A stretch of DNA of 54,392 nucleotides from a virus (lineage: Duplodnaviria; Caudoviricetes). A program made the translations under genes and the position numbers. The notes under the pieces were generated by a model, which saw only the letters and a program-made list of their open reading frames with translations, was not told the DNA's origin and ran no database searches. The stretch covers positions 1-54,392 of IMG/VR virus record IMGVR_UViG_3300025767_000026; one strand, written 5' to 3'. Positions 48,711 through 54,392 of this stretch are shown here, piece by piece (position 1 is the stretch's first letter; every line of letters starts with the position of its first letter).

Positions 48711-48998
48711 TTAACATTTCCAACGGCGGCGCGCGGCGCAGATTCTTTTATCTGGCGTCTTGCTGCAGTCTATATTATGCATGTTCATTTGTCCTTTAGA
48801 TCTCGCGCAATAAGAGGTACGTCTGCTTCCACCCCCCGGTTGAGGTGCTTTAAGATTTCCCCCTGTCTCTTTATTATATGCTTTACGCCCGGCTTCAGTC
48901 ATTCCAGCGCCTTCTTTAGCGGTTAAGAAATGTCTACCCTTGCCTTTAGTGGTTTTGCGCAGTGCTTTAAATGGTGAGTTAGATTGATCGTATGCCAT
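48711..48998 (-). CDS. Small basic phage protein with C-terminal RRRWKC
   Basis: GMT.AGRKAYN.ETGGNLKAP...RRTSYCARSKG...ARRRWKC, a pattern recalled from aquatic phages; N-terminal SPFK. Confidence 0.7.
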   Translation of the reverse strand: MAYDQSNSPFKALRKTTKGKGRHFLTAKEGAGMTEAGRKAYNKETGGNLKAPQPGGGSRRTSYCARSKGQMNMHNIDCSKTPDKRICAARRRWKC

Positions 48999-49000
48999 GA

Positions 49001-49993
49001 CTATTTGTTTTTGCTCATGTAGCCACCCATTTTAAAAGGTGTTTTACCTGATTTAGCAGCACCCCACATTTTAGTAGGCGAGGGGCTCCTCATTTCCACT
49101 GGGGTCTCAGGAGCGGTTTTTCTATTATGGCGCTCTTGTATTCTTTGCTTTTTCTTTTCTTGGCTAGCATCATATCTAGCCTCCTTGCGCTCTGTTCTTT
49201 TATGTAAGCGGAATTCTTTAGCAGTTTTAGTCCTTGGATCCGTTGGTTCTTTGGCTTCTGGAGCTACTTGTTTTACTTCATTGCCGCTGGAATCATACAC
49301 CGTAGAGTTTGGGTCTCCTTTGATACGCGCGTCGTAGGTGTTGCTATTAGCTCTGTTTTTCCCTTTATTCTGTTGGGCGTACGTAGAAGAGGCTTGCGAT
49401 TTTGCCGCGTCTAAAGATTCTTGGCTAATTTTTCCTTTATCAAATTGGCGCTGGGCCTTACGCACTCCTTTGTCAGCAACGTTTCTTGCTCTATTTGCAC
49501 GGCGAACTTCCCATGGCTCATATGTGTCTCTTACTTCTGTAGGATCTTTTACCTCTTTACTTTCTTCTGCTTTTATTTCACCAGGGACCGCTATATCCGG
49601 AAGTGTATCGCCGGTCGGTATAGTGTTGTTTGCTAACCCTTCTTTAGTTGGGTTGACGGTGCCAAATTTTTCCAGGTTATAAGCATTCACGACTTCTTGA
49701 GGCACCCCCACATCGGATGCTGTTTTAATTCTAGTCTTATTGCCCCCAGAAATAATTGTAGGGTCGCCTTGGCTGTAGTTGATTTTGGTAGTCACCACGC
49801 GCGCATTACCTTGTTCATCTTGCCCCATATTTGTCGTAACAATAGGATCTGGAACTGGCGTTGTAGTCTGCTTTAGCGGGCTCATTCTTTCAAACTTTGC
49901 CGCGTTTTTTCCTGCTGCGTCAACAGTGACTTCTTGGTTAGCTGGGGCAGATCCATATTTGGTTGCTGCTCTCTGTGTAATAGGTGTTGCCAT
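49001..49993 (-). CDS. 330-aa low-complexity charged protein carrying TPITQRA and [ST]P.K motifs
   Basis: MATPITQRA, MSPLKQ, TPVEM, SPTKMWGAAK, TPFKM; composition suggests disorder. Confidence 0.7.
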   Translation of the reverse strand: MATPITQRAATKYGSAPANQEVTVDAAGKNAAKFERMSPLKQTTTPVPDPIVTTNMGQDEQGNARVVTTKINYSQGDPTIISGGNKTRIKTASDVGVPQEVVNAYNLEKFGTVNPTKEGLANNTIPTGDTLPDIAVPGEIKAEESKEVKDPTEVRDTYEPWEVRRANRARNVADKGVRKAQRQFDKGKISQESLDAAKSQASSTYAQQNKGKNRANSNTYDARIKGDPNSTVYDSSGNEVKQVAPEAKEPTDPRTKTAKEFRLHKRTERKEARYDASQEKKKQRIQERHNRKTAPETPVEMRSPSPTKMWGAAKSGKTPFKMGGYMSKNK

Positions 49994-49995
49994 AA

Positions 49996-50382
49996 TTATT
50001 TAGTTTTTTTATAAGCTTCGCCTTCCCATTCGAAGTTCCCGCCCTCTGTGCCTTGTTCTTTAGGATTATCCATAGACATTAAATGTCCGTTCATTCTTTT
50101 ATATACTCTTGCTGGTGATCTAGTATCTTTCTTCCAAGTTACCGTATCGTCGGTGTATTGTAAGCGCCCTTGCTCCATTTGCTCGTGATGAACATTTTCA
50201 TGCTCTACCGCTTCTTCTTTCTTTTTTGCAGACGCATTCTTATTTACAAACGTAGTACCGTCTCTATTAGCTTCAGCTACAATACCGTCCCCTAGTTCTC
50301 TTTCAAACACAGGATGGTTGTATGATGATAACTCTTCGTTGATGCCGAGTAATTCGCCTTTGCGTTTTAGTTGGAAACCCAT
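49996..50382 (-). CDS. Small zincin-like metallopeptidase
   Basis: G..AEAN.DGT.FVN...EEAVEHENVHHEQM (HExxH) and downstream WEGEAY (third ligand Glu). Confidence 0.7.
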   Translation of the reverse strand: MGFQLKRKGELLGINEELSSYNHPVFERELGDGIVAEANRDGTTFVNKNASAKKKEEAVEHENVHHEQMEQGRLQYTDDTVTWKKDTRSPARVYKRMNGHLMSMDNPKEQGTEGGNFEWEGEAYKKTK

Positions 50383-50555
50383 TATTTATGTTTTGGTCCG
50401 CACATCTTAGCTGGAGAAGATTTTTTCCCATGCGCCACTTTCGCCGCACCCCACATTTTTGTCGGGCTAGCACAGCCGCATCCGCAACCTGATTTTCCTT
50501 TGATTATCCCGCCGTTCATTTTGGCGCGTGATGTTATAGGTGTAAGCTCGCTCAT
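50382..50555 (-). CDS. 57-aa basic peptide with TPITSRA, CGCGC and SPTKMWGAAK motifs, not in ORF track
   Basis: Manual translation MSELTPITSRAKMNGGIIKGKSGCGCGCASPTKMWGAAKVAHGKKSSPAKMCGPKHK*; ATGA and TAATG coupling on the two sides. Confidence 0.85.
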   Translation of the reverse strand: MSELTPITSRAKMNGGIIKGKSGCGCGCASPTKMWGAAKVAHGKKSSPAKMCGPKHK

Positions 50556-50992
50556 CTGTTTTTGTCTTTAATCATATCGTCTATGGCCTTGTTCATGACC
50601 TTATCGGTATATGTCTTGTTTTTAAAAAATACGTTTGATTCGGTAACAGGGATGTCCTCCTCTGCTAGTAGTATACGGTAAATGCGCTTAATCATAAGCT
50701 GGCACTTGAAAGATGTTTTAAATATACTGTATTTGATTGAAGTCCTATTTCTGTGGCGCCAAACGTCGATCCACCCATCACGCCTTAAACGTTCCCACCG
50801 GTTTTTATCCCAGCAGTGAGTGTACGCTCCGTCTTTGAAGCCTTGTATTGTAAAATGCTTTTCGCAGTCCAAGAATATAAGTAACTCAAGATCCGCGTCT
50901 TTTAACCCATAAGATTTACAGGCCCATTTTCGAACGAGCCTGTAATACTTAAATAAATTTATTTCTTTTAAATCGTCTGCAGACAGTCTCAT
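50552..50992 (-). CDS. Hypothetical protein, possible winged-helix DNA-binding fold
   Basis: GLKDADLELLIFL...FT...RWERLRRDGWI.VW.......Y..FKTS.K resembles MarR-like wHTH spacing (weak). Confidence 0.45.
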   Translation of the reverse strand: MRLSADDLKEINLFKYYRLVRKWACKSYGLKDADLELLIFLDCEKHFTIQGFKDGAYTHCWDKNRWERLRRDGWIDVWRHRNRTSIKYSIFKTSFKCQLMIKRIYRILLAEEDIPVTESNVFFKNKTYTDKVMNKAIDDMIKDKNR

Positions 50993-51246
50993 TCCACTAT
51001 TACAATATCACCTGCTTTTAACACATAATAAAGTTTTTCGTTAAATTGAATCCCATGGCCTGCGTGTCGGTCATAATGAACGGTATCCCCATCTTTCAAT
51101 CCTTCCACAAGATTGCCTGCTGAGATTACCTTTCCCTTTAGGTACCTAATGTCACTGTTCTGTTGTTCAGTGAATTCTAAGCCACCAACCATTTTTGGCT
51201 CTTCCTTAATCTTGTCTACGACTATATAATAGTTAATTGCTTTCAT
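50989..51246 (-). CDS. groES: Phage co-chaperonin GroES
   Basis: [10 protein letters not shown]...VGGL...KGKVISAG...LKDGDTVHY...DIVIV; coupled to groEL. Confidence 0.9.
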   Translation of the reverse strand: MKAINYYIVVDKIKEEPKMVGGLEFTEQQNSDIRYLKGKVISAGNLVEGLKDGDTVHYDRHAGHGIQFNEKLYYVLKAGDIVIVE

Positions 51247-52801
51247 TGATCCTCATATTATTAATTACACAATCAGCAGACAATATAGTGGTTGCAACAC
51301 TAACCGCATTTTTCAGAGCAGTCTTCGTTACCAAGACAGGGTCAATAATACCGGCTTTAACCATATCGGCAGGCTTACCTGTGATTACGTTAATACCTTT
51401 GTTTTTGCCATAAACGAAATCATCAGGAACCGTAAGCCCCGCGTTTTCAAGTATGATATCAAAAGGAGCTTGAATGGCTTCTTGTAAAACAACTTCGCCT
51501 AAAGATTCAGGCTTTAAAGCAATAGCAGCGTTTAATAAAGCAACACCTCCACCGGCAACAATACCTTCCTTCAATGCAGCCTTAACCGCATAGATGGCAT
51601 CTTCCACCCGATCCTTCTTTTCTTTTAATTCAATCTTTGAGTAACCACCTACCTTGATAACCGCAACTGAACCATTAAGCATGGCCAAGCGTTGTTCTAT
51701 CTTCTTTTTAATGTATGGGTTTGTCTCATTCTTAATCTTCTCCTCTACCATAGCCACACGCTCGTTTAGGGCTTCACCAAGGTCTCCAATCTGCAGAACA
51801 GTATACTTATCATCTGTGATTGATTTAACGGCTCTACCGAGGACCAATGGACTTATTAGGTCAAGGTCATCCCCTAGCTCCTCATTCATAACTTGGGCGC
51901 CCGTCAAAAATGCCAGGTCTTCGACCGTGTCACGACGGGTTGGGCCGAAGCCCGGGGGATCAATAATGTTTACTTTAATATTACCTTTAATCTTATTAGC
52001 AATAAGGGTAGCCAGCGGCTGCTGTTCTACCGATGCTACTATAAGAAGTGATTCACCTGCTTTTATCACGTGTTCTAAGACACTTTGTATCTTTCTGATA
52101 TTAGGTATAGGAGAGTCAACAATAAGGATGTACGGCTTGTCTAAGACAGCAATACCCTTGTCCTTGTCTGTGGCCAAATGGATTGACTTTAAACCAGACT
52201 CGACCTGGGCACCGTCAACAAACTCAACGTAAGTTTCTTCAGTGTCTGATTCCTCCATTAGCACAACCCCGTCTTTGCCAACCTTAGAATAGGCTTCGCC
52301 TATCTTTTTGCCGAGCTCAGCATCGTTGTTGCAACTAATAGTAGCGACCGAGTCAAGCATCTTACCGTTAACCGGTATGCTTTGCTTGTCTAGTAGCTTT
52401 AATACTTTATTCGCTGCGGAGTGGATACCTTCTTTAACATGTCTTAAATTATGATCCTTAAGGTATTTGTCTGCCTCAGTAAGTAGTGAGTGCGCGAGGA
52501 CGGTAGCTGTAGTAGTACCGTCACCCGCTTCTCTCACTGTATTCTTCGCGGCTTCCTTGATTAACGTAGCGCCAATGTTTTCAACAGGGTCGAACAAGAC
52601 TACGGATTCCGCCACCGTTACACCGTCTTTTGTTATGACCGGTCTACCCATGGCATCCTCATAAATCACGCATTGTCCTGAAGCACCTAACGTGGACTTC
52701 ACTGCGTTGGTTAATTTTGTAACACCGCTAATGATGTTTTTTCTGGCGCTGTCGCCAAATGACAGATCCTTTACGATCTGACTAGGGTTATTGAATTCCA
52801 T
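51233..52801 (-). CDS. groEL: Phage chaperonin GroEL
   Basis: [64 protein letters not shown]; lacks the GGM tail. Confidence 0.97.
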   Translation of the reverse strand: MEFNNPSQIVKDLSFGDSARKNIISGVTKLTNAVKSTLGASGQCVIYEDAMGRPVITKDGVTVAESVVLFDPVENIGATLIKEAAKNTVREAGDGTTTATVLAHSLLTEADKYLKDHNLRHVKEGIHSAANKVLKLLDKQSIPVNGKMLDSVATISCNNDAELGKKIGEAYSKVGKDGVVLMEESDTEETYVEFVDGAQVESGLKSIHLATDKDKGIAVLDKPYILIVDSPIPNIRKIQSVLEHVIKAGESLLIVASVEQQPLATLIANKIKGNIKVNIIDPPGFGPTRRDTVEDLAFLTGAQVMNEELGDDLDLISPLVLGRAVKSITDDKYTVLQIGDLGEALNERVAMVEEKIKNETNPYIKKKIEQRLAMLNGSVAVIKVGGYSKIELKEKKDRVEDAIYAVKAALKEGIVAGGGVALLNAAIALKPESLGEVVLQEAIQAPFDIILENAGLTVPDDFVYGKNKGINVITGKPADMVKAGIIDPVLVTKTALKNAVSVATTILSADCVINNMRINESN

Positions 52802-52818
52802 TTAATTGAATTTGATTA

Positions 52819-53112
52819 TTACTTCTCGAATGTTTTGACCACCTTAGGTCCTTTTAAAAAATCAATCTTTTTAACGTAGTGATCTACCGATGCGTCAATT
52901 GCTCTCTCTGCAGATTCAATGGACTCCCGCCGGGTAACATCATTCCACCTGTCTTCAATAAAAGGATGGAGATATTCCGTCTGGTAATACCCATTAGATA
53001 GTTCTACAATGCGCCAATTTGATTTATCAGCTAAATGCGACCAAAATTCGATGGTCTGTTGGTCCGGTTGTGGTTGACTACCCCACGAATGAGTCTGGTA
53101 AAATAGTGTCAT
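52819..53112 (-). CDS. Hypothetical protein upstream of groEL
   Basis: 97-aa aromatic-rich ORF; first gene after a promoter-like motif. Confidence 0.7.
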   Translation of the reverse strand: MTLFYQTHSWGSQPQPDQQTIEFWSHLADKSNWRIVELSNGYYQTEYLHPFIEDRWNDVTRRESIESAERAIDASVDHYVKKIDFLKGPKVVKTFEK

Positions 53113-53144
53113 GGTTTTGGTTTTAAATTACTACTGGTTATATA

Positions 53145-53157
53145 CATATAATCACGC
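53145..53157 (-). promoter_or_regulatory. Candidate late-promoter motif GCGTGATTATATG
   Basis: Intergenic, upstream of the chaperonin operon; overlaps an ACGCGC-TTT-GCGCGT hairpin. Confidence 0.55.
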
Positions 53158-53172
53158 GCTTTGCGCGTTTTT

Positions 53173-53778
53173 TTAAGCGGATTGGGTTTTTTGGATAAAA
53201 TAAATTACATCCCACAGCTCTGCGGAGCCCCCGTGGGAGTTGATTTTTAATTCTGCGCCGTTCGCAGCAAAATTTGCATCAGAATAATACTGATATACCT
53301 CATGAAAATTCTGCTCTGCGCCATTTCCCTTAGCAAACGTCAAAACTTTGCTCACCCGAGCAAAATCTCCCACCGGTGAATAGATAGAAAAGTCCAAATG
53401 CGTGGTCTGAGTGTTTGAAGCGCTAGCCTTAAACACAACAGTTAGCATATATACGTTATTTACACCCGTTGCTTGCAATTTTTGCGTCACAGAATTGTAA
53501 AAAGTAGGTGCACCAGGAGAAAGAACAACATTTCCAGCATTATTCGGTATCGTAACCGCAACACCATCAACCAAAGCAAGCTTATTCGATGCATTGTAAA
53601 CCGTATCATCATATCTCGCCCACCCGGTAAGACTAGCACCAGCCTGAATATGCTGCTTCAAAGCCGCAACAGTGTAATTCTTTGTTACATAGTTCTGATC
53701 TACGCCACCATCGGTGCCAATGACTAAATCCGTGTCCTCTACAACCGAATCAATAGCGTAATTTTTAATCCTACCCAT
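53173..53778 (-). CDS. Structural protein with the shared anchor N-terminus, paralogue C
   Basis: MGRIKNYAID....D.D.VIGTD.....TKNYTV matches the N-terminus of 47551-48243; C-terminal beta-sandwich head-like domain. Confidence 0.6.
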   Translation of the reverse strand: MGRIKNYAIDSVVEDTDLVIGTDGGVDQNYVTKNYTVAALKQHIQAGASLTGWARYDDTVYNASNKLALVDGVAVTIPNNAGNVVLSPGAPTFYNSVTQKLQATGVNNVYMLTVVFKASASNTQTTHLDFSIYSPVGDFARVSKVLTFAKGNGAEQNFHEVYQYYSDANFAANGAELKINSHGGSAELWDVIYFIQKTQSA

Positions 53779-53789
53779 CTATTTATGCT

Positions 53790-54047
53790 TTAAGTTACTC
53801 TATAATTGCGTTTTCCCTCCTTCTTAGTGCCCTCGCCATCATTTCCACGGTTAGCAGCAACACTTTTAAACGTACGCGTCTTGTGATCGAAGTCTTTACC
53901 CTTCACACTCTTACCCGCAGCCACAGCAGCACGCCGTAACCTCTGATTCTCGGCACGCTTCGCCTTCCTAGCAGGTGAATTAGCATAAGCCAAATCCCTA
54001 GCAGCCTTAGCCCGCCGCGCCGTAGCAGATAATTTTTGCTTAGCCAT
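53790..54047 (-). CDS. Small highly basic protein with GKDFDH...NRG (degenerate HNH-like) motif
   Basis: R/K/A-rich 85 aa; GKD.DH....S...NR pattern. Confidence 0.6.
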   Translation of the reverse strand: MAKQKLSATARRAKAARDLAYANSPARKAKRAENQRLRRAAVAAGKSVKGKDFDHKTRTFKSVAANRGNDGEGTKKEGKRNYRVT

Positions 54048-54074
54048 CCTAATATAAGTGTTTGTTTATATAAC

Positions 54075-54087
54075 CATATAATTACAT
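54075..54087 (-). promoter_or_regulatory. Candidate late-promoter motif ATGTAATTATATG
   Basis: 28 nt upstream of the first minus-strand gene (ATG at 54047). Confidence 0.6.
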
Positions 54088-54331
54088 GACATTAGCCTAC
54101 TATTAAATACCTAATTAAGTACCTAACGTCACACAGTGTAAAATTTTTTGTAAGATATATAGAACTGAAGGGTTGTATATACGATATTCGCCCCACCGGT
54201 TGTAACTAAAGTCAAATCTTTTTGCCCAGTCCCCCTGTCGTTTTTCTGGTTCGGGTTGACGATTGGGGTTGCGGTCCTGGTCTTGGTACTGATGTTGAGG
54301 TACTGATTCCCTGCACGGTTCCAGGTTTTCT

Positions 54332-54356
54332 GGCACGGCACGGCACGGCATGGCAC
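54332..54356. repeat. Tandem pentamer repeat (GGCAY)x5
   Basis: GGCAC GGCAC GGCAC GGCAT GGCAC in a GC-rich, apparently non-coding stretch. Confidence 0.85.
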
Positions 54357-54392
54357 GCGGCGCAGCACAGCGGAGCAACGCGTAGCGTGTAT

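Noticed and set aside
9613-53727. Numerous + strand ORFs of 60-200 aa opposite the late genes
   Set aside because: Antisense shadows of long minus-strand CDSs, with no leaders, coupling or motifs.
54332-54356. CRISPR or mini-array
   Set aside because: Pentamer tandem with no spacers; no 25-45-nt repeat-spacer structure was seen anywhere in the window.
54115-54378. Two minus-strand ORFs (87 and 79 aa) in the ORF track
   Set aside because: Their translations mirror the pentamer repeat (RAVPCRAVP), composition is atypical and they overlap each other; more likely non-coding.
1-54392. Stop-codon reassignment as in some crAss-like phages
   Set aside because: Core genes are full length in the standard code with high coding density, and TAA, TAG and TGA all serve as stops.
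1-54392. tRNA, rRNA, integrase or other prophage/host genes
   Set aside because: Intergenic gaps are mostly under 100 nt with no cloverleaf or T-loop signature noticed by eye (tRNAscan/Infernal not run); no recombinase or host housekeeping context. groEL/groES are divergent and embedded among phage genes.

Overview
The window is about 54 kb of a lytic-looking, short-tailed (podovirus-like) dsDNA phage genome. The host is most likely Bacteroidota/Flavobacteriia, inferred from SD-less AT-rich translation starts and a gene content resembling marine Cellulophaga phi38:1/phi40:1-like phages; no database search was run. There are two convergent arms. The + arm (1-8746) is a replication/nucleotide module: RecE-like exonuclease, SSB, T7-type primase-helicase, ThyA, a GIY-YIG-like/MazG fusion, endonuclease I, NrdB and NrdA. 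The - arm (54047 down to 8836) is a late module: GroEL/GroES, small basic proteins with a metallopeptidase, two fibre/appendage modules, a second GroES-like protein, terminase, portal, scaffold, major capsid, tail ring/nozzle, ejection proteins including a 2956-aa protein, holin and an M15 endolysin. The strongest candidates for undescribed biology are: (1) the 2956-aa protein, where an HExxH zincin domain is followed by modules separated by a four-times-repeated K-[AY]-S-[IL]-N linker, suggesting a self-processed injected polyprotein; (2) small proteins sharing TPIT.RA and SPTKMWGAAK/[ST]P.K peptides around a second HExxH peptidase; (3) a recurring GTRATWATATR motif upstream of late genes; (4) three paralogous anchor proteins heading different appendage cassettes. 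Seven small coding-like ORFs missing from the ORF track were found by manual translation. No tRNA, rRNA, CRISPR, integrase or reverse transcriptase was seen. Functional calls rest on motif recognition and gene order.
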